DNA of 50,493 bases from a virus. Taxonomy: Duplodnaviria > Caudoviricetes. Positions 27,380 to 37,464 of the stretch are shown one piece after another; the stretch's first letter is position 1, and each line of letters starts with the position of its first letter. Location: the IMG/VR virus record IMGVR_UViG_3300035661_000090, positions 1 through 50,493 of that record. One strand, given 5' to 3'. Below the pieces are notes generated by a model. That model was given only the letters and a program-made list of their open reading frames with translations, was not told where the DNA came from and ran no database searches. The position numbers and the translations under genes were made by a program.

Positions 27380-27793
27380 ATGTCTGTCACCCATGTTACA
27401 GCGGTGCGCAACGCAAGCCTGGCCGCCGTCATCGCGCAACTCGACGCCGCAGGCGCTGCCGCGAATGCGAAGATCGTGATTTACACCGGCTCAGAACCAG
27501 GCGTTAACAACGTGGCTACGGGGACATTGCTCGCAACGTTAAACCTCAACTCGCCTCCATCGTTTCCCGCTCCGAGCGCTGGGGCCTCGACAATGAACGG
27601 CTTGCCCGTCTCGGCTTCGATCGTCGCAACGGGAACGGCGGGATACGGTCGCCTGCTCGACCGAGGAGGTGTCGCCGTTCAGGAATTCGCAATCGCGACG
27701 AGCGGCAGTGATCTCAATTTCTCGGGCGGCATCAATTTAATCTCGGGCGGAACGTGCTCGATTTCGACGTGGACGGCAACGGCGATGCCTTAA
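27380..27793 (+). CDS. Virion structural protein
   Basis: RNASL...IVIYTGSEP...TLLATL...ATGTAGYGR, a common phage structural pattern. Confidence 0.7.
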   Translation: MSVTHVTAVRNASLAAVIAQLDAAGAAANAKIVIYTGSEPGVNNVATGTLLATLNLNSPPSFPAPSAGASTMNGLPVSASIVATGTAGYGRLLDRGGVAVQEFAIATSGSDLNFSGGINLISGGTCSISTWTATAMP

Positions 27794-27881
27794 TAATTGC
27801 GACGTCGCAATTCATCGTTATTTGTCGCAATGTGACGTAATCAAACGTGATCACCTCAACCTATTAGCAAGGATCGAAACG

Positions 27882-28154
27882 ATGGCGAATCTCCACAACG
27901 ATCACCCCGAGCCCCAGAGCGACCGCGAAGCGGTTCTGTACAAGCAATACACGGGCGTTGGTCACTTGCGCGACGCCGCACGAATTGAAGGCAATCTCGC
28001 CGAGGTTGCAAGGCTTCAAACAGTCTCCGACGATCTCGCTCGACAGATCGACGAGGAGCACGCGAAGCGTCCCGCGAAAACGAAAAGCGATAACGTTGAA
28101 ATCGCGGTCCACGAAAAGTTTTCAGACTTCCTTGAGAGGGAAGCAAAGTCCTAG
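27882..28154 (+). CDS. Hypothetical protein
   Basis: AAGGA RBS; helical, charged. Confidence 0.55.
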   Translation: MANLHNDHPEPQSDREAVLYKQYTGVGHLRDAARIEGNLAEVARLQTVSDDLARQIDEEHAKRPAKTKSDNVEIAVHEKFSDFLEREAKS

Positions 28155-28240
28155 CGACAAGCTGCGTGAGGATGCCAAGGATCGCAAGGTTCGATTGAAG
28201 CGAGAACGGGTAACCAGTTTTCACAGGTGAGGAAATCAGA

Positions 28241-30391
28241 ATGGGTGCGAAAGTTTTTCGTTTGTTCGTGATGCTCGCGAGCGTTTTCGGGTTCGTGATC
28301 GAAGCGAACGCCGCAGCGTTTGTGACGCAACGCTCGGGCAATTGGTCGGATACCGTCGCGGGGACTCGCCCGTGGGTTACGCTCAACGGTACGGGAGCGG
28401 GTCTCGTGCCAGGTGCGGCGGACACGATTACGATAAGCAAAACGACCGTGACGACGACGGCGAGCATTCTTCCGATCGGTACGACGTCGATTCCGCTGAC
28501 CGCAGCGACGGGGACGTACATCCTTGACGGGACTATGCTGAAATTCGGAACCGTTATCGTTACGGTGTCGAACGGTGGGAGCAACCTCCCAGCGTCGGCG
28601 ACGATCATCCCCGTCGTTGCGACGGGAACGGCAATCCCGGCATCGACCGCTTGCAAGGTTGGTCACGTTCTCGTGGTCGATACGTCGCAATCAGTAGGCA
28701 CCGGAACAGCAACCGCGATCGACGCCGCTCAAGGCAACGCTGACAGTTTTTACACCACGCTTCAGATCAATACGGGTGCTACGTTGACGGTAAGCGGAAG
28801 CATATTTAGTAATTCAGACATTATCTTGCAAGCAGGTGGAAATATCCTGTTTTCAGGAACGGGACCGTTCCGACTACACAACTACAACAGCGGATCACCA
28901 CCAAGAAAATGCGATCTTATAGCCAACGGTACGGCTACCTCGCATGCGTCGATAAAAGGCGCGTCGTCAAGCTCAAAAGTTTACCTTACGAATACGCTAG
29001 GATGTCGTAACGTCAGTCTAAATTATTGCGATTTCCAATACGGCGACTCGTCTGGAAATTTCGTGCCCGTAAACGGCGACGAGACGAGCATATATATCAA
29101 CGGATGCACGTTTAGCAATGGCGTTATACCGATAAACGTATCGGCAGTACTCGGGGCGAACGAAGACTTTACGGTCACTGGCTGCACGTTTACCAATAAC
29201 TCAAATGCTCAAGCGTTGCAAGTTCGCAGCGGTGCAACGGCGACCGGCAAACGGATCATCAGTCTCAACAACTTCGAGAGGGGAATGGGGTCGAACGCGG
29301 GCGGCTGGCTTAACTTCACTATCGATTCAAACGTGTTCAACGCAACGACACCAACGGGCACCGGGCAGGTCCCGATCTATTCGAGTGCGGCGGGCAAGTG
29401 GACATCGCTGCGAAACAATTTGATCCGGTTCCCGACTGTAGGTACAAGCGCAATGCAAGCGTGTGGACCTATATCAAACAATCTAATCATATGTGATGAT
29501 TCAACACACCCCGATCCGAATTGCATCCAAATCCTCCAGACGTATTCGGGAAGCGGGGACATTGGAGCATTTTCCGGCAATGTGTTTCAAGCATACGCGA
29601 GCGACTGCAACGCTGCGGTTTACTATACAGCGACAGCCTATAACCCGACCGTCGCAACGACGATCACGATTACGGGCAATCTTCTCCTTCCAAACATCAA
29701 CGGACTCGGCGGAAGCGGAAGTGTATTTAATTGCACAACTATGAACGCGTTCGCGTCCGTGACTGTTAATCATAACACCTTCAATACTGATGGATCGACA
29801 TACACGGGCGGGCTCGTGATTGGCGATGGTAACGGCGTGGTAGCTGCGTCTACGGTCGCCTCGGTTAGATCGAATCTCGCTTACAGCACGATCTCGGCAA
29901 GCGGAAACTACAACGCGATTTATCGGCATTTTTCGGATGCCGCTGTTACCGACGTTTGCCCGCCCGGCATGATTGGTTTTAACGCGGGAAGAAATCTTCA
30001 CGCGTCGAACCTCGCGCGAACCGTAAAGCCTGGATATGTTCAAAACGGTGTTTCTGGAACGACGTTCCTTTTCTCAACGACGCCGATCGCCGACGTAACC
30101 GACCTCAACGTCGTCCCAGGATTCGCCGATTCGACTCGTGGCGTCGATACGCTCTACACGAGGTTTTTCGGTCGTACTACAACGGGCACGAAGGCGGGCG
30201 ATTTTCAAGCGACAACTCCGCTACTCGCGGCAAATCCGTCGCTCATTCCATACGCCGTCTCGTGGATCAAAGCAGGATTCGCACCAACAAACCCCGCTCT
30301 ACGATACGCCGCCCATGATGGCGTAACAATCGGAGCGATTCCTTTCAACACCGACCCGAATTTTGTCAACGCTTACCTGAAAGGAAAGTGA
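28241..30391 (+). CDS. Right-handed beta-helix (pectin-lyase-like) protein, candidate tailspike/depolymerase, with signal-peptide-like N-terminus
   Basis: Repeated (I/V)xxNxF/CxF coils (INGCTFSN, VTGCTFTNN, IDSNVF, ITGNL, VNHNTF); SGNWSD..W start. Confidence 0.75.
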   Translation: MGAKVFRLFVMLASVFGFVIEANAAAFVTQRSGNWSDTVAGTRPWVTLNGTGAGLVPGAADTITISKTTVTTTASILPIGTTSIPLTAATGTYILDGTMLKFGTVIVTVSNGGSNLPASATIIPVVATGTAIPASTACKVGHVLVVDTSQSVGTGTATAIDAAQGNADSFYTTLQINTGATLTVSGSIFSNSDIILQAGGNILFSGTGPFRLHNYNSGSPPRKCDLIANGTATSHASIKGASSSSKVYLTNTLGCRNVSLNYCDFQYGDSSGNFVPVNGDETSIYINGCTFSNGVIPINVSAVLGANEDFTVTGCTFTNNSNAQALQVRSGATATGKRIISLNNFERGMGSNAGGWLNFTIDSNVFNATTPTGTGQVPIYSSAAGKWTSLRNNLIRFPTVGTSAMQACGPISNNLIICDDSTHPDPNCIQILQTYSGSGDIGAFSGNVFQAYASDCNAAVYYTATAYNPTVATTITITGNLLLPNINGLGGSGSVFNCTTMNAFASVTVNHNTFNTDGSTYTGGLVIGDGNGVVAASTVASVRSNLAYSTISASGNYNAIYRHFSDAAVTDVCPPGMIGFNAGRNLHASNLARTVKPGYVQNGVSGTTFLFSTTPIADVTDLNVVPGFADSTRGVDTLYTRFFGRTTTGTKAGDFQATTPLLAANPSLIPYAVSWIKAGFAPTNPALRYAAHDGVTIGAIPFNTDPNFVNAYLKGK

Positions 30392-30394
30392 TCG

Positions 30395-30889
30395 ATGCCG
30401 ACAGGCACTTCGAGAGCGTCAACGCAAGACAACTCGGCGGGCGTGCAATACGCCACGACGCCAAACGAAGACGGCGGGCAGCCGTTTCAGGCAGTCGCAA
30501 CAGTCACGGGCAAAACGCTCTATGCCCGCACCGCGCATCGCACGGGAATAGCAGCCGCCGACACGCCGGGTGATATGACGTCGGCGGGATTCGGAGCGTC
30601 GCGATTGAGCGTCTACAATGCGGGCTCAATTCACGTCGAAGCGACGAGCAGCGTGGCGTCGGCGATCCTCGTCGGGCAGCTTGCGTTTTACGACGAATCG
30701 GGGAACTTCGCGGGATTTTCTCAGCAAGTTGTTTTCACGAGTGACGCTGCGAACCGACTCGGAAGCGGCACGGGCAATTTCGTTTGTCCTGCTGCGATCC
30801 TCAATCTCGGCGCGTCGCTCGCCGTTCGGTTCTTTATCCTTTCGATCTCCGCGGGCACTTGGGCAATCAACGTGCGACCGTTTAACTAA
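30395..30889 (+). CDS. Beta-rich virion protein
   Basis: Operon position and composition. Confidence 0.65.
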   Translation: MPTGTSRASTQDNSAGVQYATTPNEDGGQPFQAVATVTGKTLYARTAHRTGIAAADTPGDMTSAGFGASRLSVYNAGSIHVEATSSVASAILVGQLAFYDESGNFAGFSQQVVFTSDAANRLGSGTGNFVCPAAILNLGASLAVRFFILSISAGTWAINVRPFN

Positions 30890-30903
30890 CCCCGAGGACG
30901 CGA

Positions 30904-31125
30904 ATGACCGTCGTCATATTTTCCGCCTCGCCGGGCAACGTGGGGACGTCGAGCGTCGCTTGCGGGTCGATCACATTCGCGAGCGATGGCACGCTCGCCG
31001 GGAACGTTTACTCGGGCTCGTTCGCGAGATTGCTCGACTCGATCGTACTTGCGGCGACGGCAACGGGCGGATCGCAAACGAAAAGGAAACGCTGGTTCCC
31101 AGGACTCACGAGTATCAGGAGATGA
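30904..31125 (+). CDS. Small virion-associated protein
   Basis: GAGGA RBS; ATGA overlap with the next gene. Confidence 0.6.
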   Translation: MTVVIFSASPGNVGTSSVACGSITFASDGTLAGNVYSGSFARLLDSIVLAATATGGSQTKRKRWFPGLTSIRR

Positions 31126-31565
31126 ATAAAGACACGCAGATATTCGACGTGATTGAATCGAGCTTGAAAGCGTCGGGAACGTTCGCAAAGGTTATCGTCG
31201 GCGTCGACCCTTCGAAAGTACGAACCGGAGCAAACGATACCCCGCTCGCGATCGTCTACAAAACGCGATTCAACGATCAAATCATTTCTTGTAACCCGCT
31301 CGATTACGAGCGCACGGTTGCTTATACAATCACGATTGAACATCGCGATGAGGATGAATACGCCAGAGACACGATTCTCAATCAATGCGAGGCGATCGTC
31401 CAAAACCTTTTCGATAAAGTTTCGCTCGGGTCACTAACATGCCCTGACAAGAGCGGACTCACAGCGGGCGGCGAAACGGCAGATCGTCGCTCGCATCCGT
31501 CGAAACGAATAACGCTTTTGGGCGAATTCGTTTATATTTTCTCGGCAGGTTCTCGACCAACATAA
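31122..31565 (+). CDS. Tail terminator-like protein
   Basis: AGGAG RBS; size and position before the tail tube; PLAIV motif. Confidence 0.6.
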   Translation: MNKDTQIFDVIESSLKASGTFAKVIVGVDPSKVRTGANDTPLAIVYKTRFNDQIISCNPLDYERTVAYTITIEHRDEDEYARDTILNQCEAIVQNLFDKVSLGSLTCPDKSGLTAGGETADRRSHPSKRITLLGEFVYIFSAGSRPT

Positions 31566-31578
31566 GGAGCCTCGAATC

Positions 31579-32019
31579 ATGGGCACTCCCTCCAATCGTC
31601 AACTCAACTGGACCTCGGTATCGTTCACGCCGTCGGGCGGAACGCTCATTCCGATTACCGAGGTTCAGGACGTCAAGTTCGACGTCGCGGGCGAAGTCCG
31701 AGAAGGCCGCGGCGACGGCGATTACTATGCGTCAGCGGTGAACGTCGTTGGAGCAAAACCGACGGCGGAAATTACTACCCAATTCATCACGAAAATTAAC
31801 ACCATCACAATCGGGTCGAAGGGTGGGATTGCGGCGAAGCATAACGACTACGACAACGGCTCAGGGTCGGGCTCGATTGCTTACGTAATGTCGCCATGCG
31901 TCGTCACAGCCAACAGCCGATCGGGTGCACACATGCAAATTGGTCAAGGTACGATCTCGTTCCAAGGTTACGCGGTCGATGGCGTAACGAACCCTCTGTC
32001 GGCGACCGTGACGCCGTAA
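31579..32019 (+). CDS. Major tail tube protein
   Basis: AAGGAG RBS; beta-rich 146 aa upstream of chaperone and tape measure. Confidence 0.7.
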   Translation: MGTPSNRQLNWTSVSFTPSGGTLIPITEVQDVKFDVAGEVREGRGDGDYYASAVNVVGAKPTAEITTQFITKINTITIGSKGGIAAKHNDYDNGSGSGSIAYVMSPCVVTANSRSGAHMQIGQGTISFQGYAVDGVTNPLSATVTP

Positions 32020-32080
32020 GCGTTCGCCCGCCTCGTTGCGTTTTCGTTCGTCTCAATTCGCGATTCTCGAAGGAAAAACA

Positions 32081-32410
32081 ATGGACGAAATTCTCGCCGT
32101 CCCATCACGCCGCCCCGACGCGCTGCTCGTGCCGTTTACGTTCGTCCCCGAAGCTCAATCCGCCGAGAGCGCGGACGAAAAGGTTATGTTGATTGCGACC
32201 TCAGTCAAACGACTCTGGGGCGAGGGGCGTCAACAGACGATTCGCAAGCACCCCACGAATGAGTGGTTAATCACTGAGAGCCACGACGAAACTTGGGGCT
32301 TCCCCTCGAATCATCCGACGTTCCCCAAGATGCCTCGACACGATTGGGCAGACGGTCCAAACGGCATTAAAATCGGGTACCTCAAAGCCGAGGCCAAGTC
32401 GAGCAAATGA
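32081..32410 (+). CDS. Hypothetical protein
   Basis: AAGGA RBS. Confidence 0.65.
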   Translation: MDEILAVPSRRPDALLVPFTFVPEAQSAESADEKVMLIATSVKRLWGEGRQQTIRKHPTNEWLITESHDETWGFPSNHPTFPKMPRHDWADGPNGIKIGYLKAEAKSSK

Positions 32411-32871
32411 CAACAGTCTTGAACGAGCGAAAATTGCGAAGGATCGCGACTATAGATTACTGCGAACCAATCACGCTCGACGACGGGCAAATATGGTTCT
32501 TTCCTCGCCCCGTTATTTCGGCGGCGGCGAGGCAAGTCGTCGTGCGCGATGATGGATCGATCGACGTCGTGATGAGTCCCACGGGATTTGAATCACACGA
32601 ATTCACGGATGATTACTTGGCAAAGGTTGAAGCCCTTTGCATGGCTCGATACATCGGAGAAGAACAGCAAGCGCTCGCCGAGCTTGCGGTCGATCTCCTC
32701 AAGCGAAATTACAACCTTGAACCGAGCGACTTTCGCCGATTGTTGTCGTTCCCAATCTCGGGCGATTATGCGCCATACTGGGAGAAGATTCGCGACGTAG
32801 CGATAGGAACGTCCTCAGGCCCAAAACCTATGCCCATTGGCTCAAGTGCGTCCTCGCCGCAAACGGAATAA
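32407..32871 (+). CDS. Tail assembly chaperone (G)
   Basis: Upstream of the tape measure; contains slippery C-CCA-AAA near its end. Confidence 0.7.
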   Translation: MTTVLNERKLRRIATIDYCEPITLDDGQIWFFPRPVISAAARQVVVRDDGSIDVVMSPTGFESHEFTDDYLAKVEALCMARYIGEEQQALAELAVDLLKRNYNLEPSDFRRLLSFPISGDYAPYWEKIRDVAIGTSSGPKPMPIGSSASSPQTE

Positions 32872-33008
32872 CGCAGCCGCTCGACCTGGCGGTTGCTCGC
32901 GACGTTGCTTCGATCCTCGTGATGACGAAACGAGCGCCGCCGGTTACGCAGTGGGTTCAATGGGCATCGCAACGAGCGTCCGAACGTCGTTCGGCGAACG
33001 CGTTTTGA
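32820..33008 (+). CDS. -1 frameshift extension of the tail chaperone (GT)
   Basis: -1 frame open from the slippery site: PKTYAHWLKCVLAANG...RRSANAF*, ending just before the tape measure. Confidence 0.75.
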   Translation, partial: PKTYAHWLKCVLAANGITQPLDLAVARDVASILVMTKRAPPVTQWVQWASQRASERRSANAF

Positions 33009-33023
33009 TATGAAAGGGAAATT

Positions 33024-34961
33024 ATGTCCGAACGTCGTTCGCTTGAAATCGGAATTGATATCGACAACTCGTCGTCGATCACCGCAGCCGACAAGCAAAT
33101 GGAGATGTTCAAGCGGATCGAAGCCGCTGCCGATCGCATGGCGAAAGCAATCGAGGGTTCCTCGAAGGCTGCGAACGATCGGCAGGTTGCTAGCGCGAAA
33201 GCCGCCGCCGATCGACGCGAGCAGATTGAGAAGTCCTCAATCGAACGGCAAGAGCAGGCAGCGAGCGCAAAGGAGGCGAGGGACCAACAGCGAGCGGAGA
33301 AGAAACAAAAACGAATTGAGGCACAGGCGAAACGAGAGGTCGACGCGGAGATTGCAGCTTGGGCAACGCAAGCGGACAAGGCTCGCGAAAATGAGTTGAG
33401 CGAGAATAAACGATTTTCAAGCTCACTAGCGTCGAACCTTGCGTCGGCGTTCGGAGTCACCGCAGGCATCGGGGCGTCGATCGGTTTCGCGAAATCATAT
33501 GTTGCCGCGTTGAAAGAGGGCAAGCAAGAGGCGATGGACCTCGCGAAATTCACGGGCGACATTCGCGATAAAATCAAGGATATCGTCGCCCTTCGCGGAG
33601 GATCGGGAGCGAAGACAACGGACCTCGCGGCGTTCGCGGACCTTCGCGTTTCCTCTGGTTTGAAAGCGGACGCCGCCCATGATTACGCAATCGATTATGA
33701 GTCCTCGATTGCTACGGCGACCGACGAAAATATGAGTCAGAAGGAGAAGGACAAACTAAAAACCGAGGGCGCTATTTTCGCGAATCGAACGACTCGCGGC
33801 GATGCGGCGGGAGCGTCGTCAACGGCTGCGATGCTCGGCACGCTCGCACGATTTCAGAAGGGCGGCACAGCGTCTAAGACGATCGCAATCGGCGACAAGC
33901 TCAATAAGATCATGAGCCTGGGCGACGGCAGCAACGACGAGCAGCGGGCACAGCTTAACAAGGTGTTAACGTTCCTCGTGTCGCCGGATGGTACGGGCCT
34001 CGCGAAGAACCCGCAGGAAGCGGTCGCGTTAACGGCGATGATGTCAACGACGGGAAGCGTAAGCGAAGCGGCAACAGGTGTCGAGCAATCGATGCGAGCA
34101 TTGCGAGGATTCCAGAAACGCCTCACTCATGGCGGGTTCGGAAAGTCTCAAGCGGAGTACCTCAAGAAAGACTTGGGCATCACGGAAAAGGACGACGCGT
34201 TTTCGATGATTCGGAAATTCGTCCCCGACATCGCGAAGGCCGAAGCATCGGGACGCGCTCCCGATGCCTACTTGAAACAATTCTTCCACGGCGACGAGGA
34301 AGTCAATGCGTTGGTGCGTATCTACCGAGCACACAAACAAGGGGCGGCGGGCAAGATTCTCGGCGAGGCGCAAACGCCGATTGACGAGGCAGATTCTCAA
34401 GCAAAACAACGCGGGTTCCTTTCGTCGAAGGAAGGACGAAAAGGGATCGCCGAAGCTCGGCTCGATCGAGGAAAAATGAGGCTCGGCGAGCAAACCGAAG
34501 AGGCAGTAATCCAGAAAACCGAAGCGGAAGCAGACTTATACGAGCAAGGAAAATTGGGAACGACAGGAGCCGCCGCCGAGCAATGGCGGAAGGGTTGGGG
34601 AAACAAAGAATACGGCAAGAATGCGATGATCAATCAACGCATAACCGAACGAGCACGACTTCAAGGAGTCGACATTCAATCAGAACGAGGCGGCTGGACG
34701 GGGCTTGAGTCGTTCGACCCGCTCGGACTCAACGAGGCGAACGACATGGCCTCGGGGCAGCGTGAGCTTGACGTTGCATCGGCTTATGATAATGCCTATG
34801 CGTTCGGCAAGGTCAAGAAAACAGACGGGCGATCGAATGCCGCCGATATGTCGCCGGTCGTTCGCGAGCTTGAAAAGGTCAACAACAATCTAGGCCGTCT
34901 ACAAGGCGGACCGATCACCCAACCCGTTCCCGGAGGCGGGCGACCTTCTCGCCCGAATTGA
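33024..34961 (+). CDS. Tape measure protein
   Basis: 645 aa Ala-rich helical protein directly after the frameshifted chaperone. Confidence 0.8.
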   Translation: MSERRSLEIGIDIDNSSSITAADKQMEMFKRIEAAADRMAKAIEGSSKAANDRQVASAKAAADRREQIEKSSIERQEQAASAKEARDQQRAEKKQKRIEAQAKREVDAEIAAWATQADKARENELSENKRFSSSLASNLASAFGVTAGIGASIGFAKSYVAALKEGKQEAMDLAKFTGDIRDKIKDIVALRGGSGAKTTDLAAFADLRVSSGLKADAAHDYAIDYESSIATATDENMSQKEKDKLKTEGAIFANRTTRGDAAGASSTAAMLGTLARFQKGGTASKTIAIGDKLNKIMSLGDGSNDEQRAQLNKVLTFLVSPDGTGLAKNPQEAVALTAMMSTTGSVSEAATGVEQSMRALRGFQKRLTHGGFGKSQAEYLKKDLGITEKDDAFSMIRKFVPDIAKAEASGRAPDAYLKQFFHGDEEVNALVRIYRAHKQGAAGKILGEAQTPIDEADSQAKQRGFLSSKEGRKGIAEARLDRGKMRLGEQTEEAVIQKTEAEADLYEQGKLGTTGAAAEQWRKGWGNKEYGKNAMINQRITERARLQGVDIQSERGGWTGLESFDPLGLNEANDMASGQRELDVASAYDNAYAFGKVKKTDGRSNAADMSPVVRELEKVNNNLGRLQGGPITQPVPGGGRPSRPN

Positions 34962-34964
34962 ATC

Positions 34965-35489
34965 ATGGCAAAGGTTCGTTCGAACATGGCAGAAATGGAG
35001 GAGATGCTTCGACAATTCGTCGACCTCATCGACTTCACGTTGCCAGGCGACAACGCGTCGCTCGGCGTCGATTGTCTCGACCGAATCGTCGAACGTGCGC
35101 AGGAGCGAGCGATCGACGAGCAGAGCGACGCGCAGGGCGCGTATTGGGTCGACAACGCAGAAGCATATAGACGATCACCATCAAAGGCGGGCAAGCCGGT
35201 CGGAGTATTGAGCGGCGAGATGTTGAGTGACTTGGAGATGCAAGGCGAGACGGTAATCCTTCCGAAGTCGGCTAATCGAAAATACGGCAAATCGACAGAC
35301 TCGCGAGACAAGGCAAGTTGGTTCACACGAGGCAGCAACGGCGACGGGGACGGGCCGGTTTCGGGCGCTAAAAATCAACCGCCGCGGCCTGGCCTTTACG
35401 AGCTTGACGACATCGCGATTGACGACGTGATGCAAGAGCTAAATGAATTCGCAACGCGTCGCCTCAAGGCACTTTCAAGGAAACCATAA
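34965..35489 (+). CDS. Virion morphogenesis / tail completion-like protein
   Basis: W.DNAEAY..K...GVLSGEM...A.W...G....P.R pattern. Confidence 0.55.
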   Translation: MAKVRSNMAEMEEMLRQFVDLIDFTLPGDNASLGVDCLDRIVERAQERAIDEQSDAQGAYWVDNAEAYRRSPSKAGKPVGVLSGEMLSDLEMQGETVILPKSANRKYGKSTDSRDKASWFTRGSNGDGDGPVSGAKNQPPRPGLYELDDIAIDDVMQELNEFATRRLKALSRKP

Positions 35490-35860
35490 TGCCGAAGCTC
35501 GACGGGTCTTTTGTGTTCGGCGAGGAGGTCACGTATTCAATCGCCGACTTGCCGTTACAAATGCAACGCGTGCAATTTTTCGGCGTCGGGGGCGTCGCTC
35601 AAATCAGTGGAGGTTATCGAGGCAAAACGATCACCATCAAAGGCAAGCACGCCGGCACGTCTCGACCCGACTTGACATCGTTCAGGCAAGCGTTGAACGA
35701 CTTCAAAGATGGTTACACGCATACGCTCGACCTCGACGAGGATAACCTTTCTTACACTGTCACGCTCGACGGAATCGAGGACGCTTCTCGAATCGAGTTT
35801 GAGTCGAGCGCGGGACGATACCAGAAATATTATCAGGCGACTTTTTTCATTCACGATTGA
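35489..35860 (+). CDS. Distal-tail-like protein
   Basis: TAATG coupling; GGYRGKTITIKG; position after tape measure. Confidence 0.55.
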   Translation: MPKLDGSFVFGEEVTYSIADLPLQMQRVQFFGVGGVAQISGGYRGKTITIKGKHAGTSRPDLTSFRQALNDFKDGYTHTLDLDEDNLSYTVTLDGIEDASRIEFESSAGRYQKYYQATFFIHD

Positions 35861-35875
35861 GCAAGGTAAACATAT

Positions 35876-37051
35876 ATGGCCTTCCTTGCGTACACAGGCA
35901 CGGGAGCGATCGACGACGGGTCGGTTACGATTGCGGCGATCCCGATCACAGTGCCGCCGATCGCGGGCGTGTTCGCAGGCCTCAACGGATCGGTCGTGTT
36001 GTCGTCGTCGGGCTCGGCAACGTTCGACGGAATCGGAGCAATCGCTTGCGGTTCGATTTCGCTCGCGAGCGCCGGGGCCGCGAGCGTTCCCGTTTACAGT
36101 GGTGTCGCTTCGATTGCTTGCGAATCCGTAACGATCTCAGCAACGGCAACGGGCGGCGGTCCGAACGTGTTCGGCGCTGGCATCGTTGCGTGTGGACCAC
36201 TGACGATTCTCGCAATGGATTCCCTCACAGGCGTGGGATTGTTTGTGAGCGGATTCGTGTCGATCACGGCGTCGGGTTCGTTCGTCGCCCCATCGTTCGC
36301 AGGAGCAAGTTCGGACGCGTTCGGCGAGGTGACGATCGAGGCGAGCGGATCAACGACAACACCCGGCCTTGACGAGTCGACCGTCTCAAATCTCACCGCG
36401 ATAATTTCGGCGGGTCAAATCTTCCTTGCGTGGGACTCAACGGCCGCGGCGGGTTCGTGGTTTCAAGTCTATATCAACCGAAAGCATGTGACGTCCGTAA
36501 TGGCCGCGAGAGCGATCGTGCCCGCCCCAACGTCTATTTCTACGATCACAGTCGGATCGATCGCTTATAGCGAACGCCAGAGCGATTTCTCGGCGTTCCT
36601 GCCGCTCGTCGCCGGTGCAAGTTCGCGGGTCCGATTGCGATGGAGTGGCGGGCGTTGTCTCGGTGACGATATTTTCGGTTATCGGATATACGGTTCAAGC
36701 GTTGCGGGCGGGGCGGTTGATTACTCAACTCCTTTCGCCGAAATCGTTGCGTACCCTGGCGGAGTCGTGATCGACGGAGCGGGCATCGGCGGAGCAGGCG
36801 ACGGCGGGGCAGGACGTGCGGCATCGACTTACTCATGGGAGTCTGCTCGACTTGCTTCGGGCGTCTGGACGTTCGCAGTCGTTGCCGTCGACGAGGCGGG
36901 CAACGAGGACGCGTTGCCGCCTACGAAAGTCTGCACGATCGTTGCGGTTCCTCGACCTCCCGCCGCGAATTCTCGCGGGCAACGTTTGACTTACACGTTC
37001 AATCACACGACACGCATTCCGGTCCTAAATTGGCTCGCGAGCCCAGGGTAA
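35876..37051 (+). CDS. Minor tail protein, G/S/A-rich repeats plus FN3-like C-terminus
   Basis: Repeated IACGSISL-like units; VWTFAVVAVDEAGNE. Confidence 0.7.
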   Translation: MAFLAYTGTGAIDDGSVTIAAIPITVPPIAGVFAGLNGSVVLSSSGSATFDGIGAIACGSISLASAGAASVPVYSGVASIACESVTISATATGGGPNVFGAGIVACGPLTILAMDSLTGVGLFVSGFVSITASGSFVAPSFAGASSDAFGEVTIEASGSTTTPGLDESTVSNLTAIISAGQIFLAWDSTAAAGSWFQVYINRKHVTSVMAARAIVPAPTSISTITVGSIAYSERQSDFSAFLPLVAGASSRVRLRWSGGRCLGDDIFGYRIYGSSVAGGAVDYSTPFAEIVAYPGGVVIDGAGIGGAGDGGAGRAASTYSWESARLASGVWTFAVVAVDEAGNEDALPPTKVCTIVAVPRPPAANSRGQRLTYTFNHTTRIPVLNWLASPG

Positions 37052-37053
37052 AA

Positions 37054-37461
37054 ATGGCGACACAAAAAACGACGCGGGCCGGTTTATCTTACTGGCAGAA
37101 ATTCGATCAGGATTGGCACCTGCCTTATCAAGACACGTGCGTTGCGCTCGATGCAATAAACGCAATCGGGATGCTCGCGACGATCACGAACGAATCGCCG
37201 AGCACTTCGCGGACCGTGAAGATAGCGGCAGGCACGTTTATCAATCAAGCAAACGCATATATGGATTATGCGGGCGGCACGTTAACTTGTCCCGCGTCGA
37301 GCACAACGAACATCTGGCTAACGAACGCGGGAGCGATCGGGAGCGGAGCGGCCTGGCCAAGTGCCGGCACGAAGCACGTACGACTTGCCGTCGTCGTCAC
37401 CGACGCAACGAAAGTCCTCACAATCACAGACGCGAGAATCGCCTTAGTCTCGGCGGGGTAA
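37054..37461 (+). CDS. Minor tail protein
   Basis: TVKIAAG...HVRLAVVVT..ITDAR baseplate/tail-type motif. Confidence 0.7.
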   Translation: MATQKTTRAGLSYWQKFDQDWHLPYQDTCVALDAINAIGMLATITNESPSTSRTVKIAAGTFINQANAYMDYAGGTLTCPASSTTNIWLTNAGAIGSGAAWPSAGTKHVRLAVVVTDATKVLTITDARIALVSAG

Positions 37462-37464
37462 TTC

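Noticed and set aside
9698-28656. Long minus-strand ORFs (e.g. 9698-10534, 22582-23475, 27856-28656)
   Set aside because: They are antisense to well-supported + strand genes, lack motifs, and are expected in GC-rich sequence.
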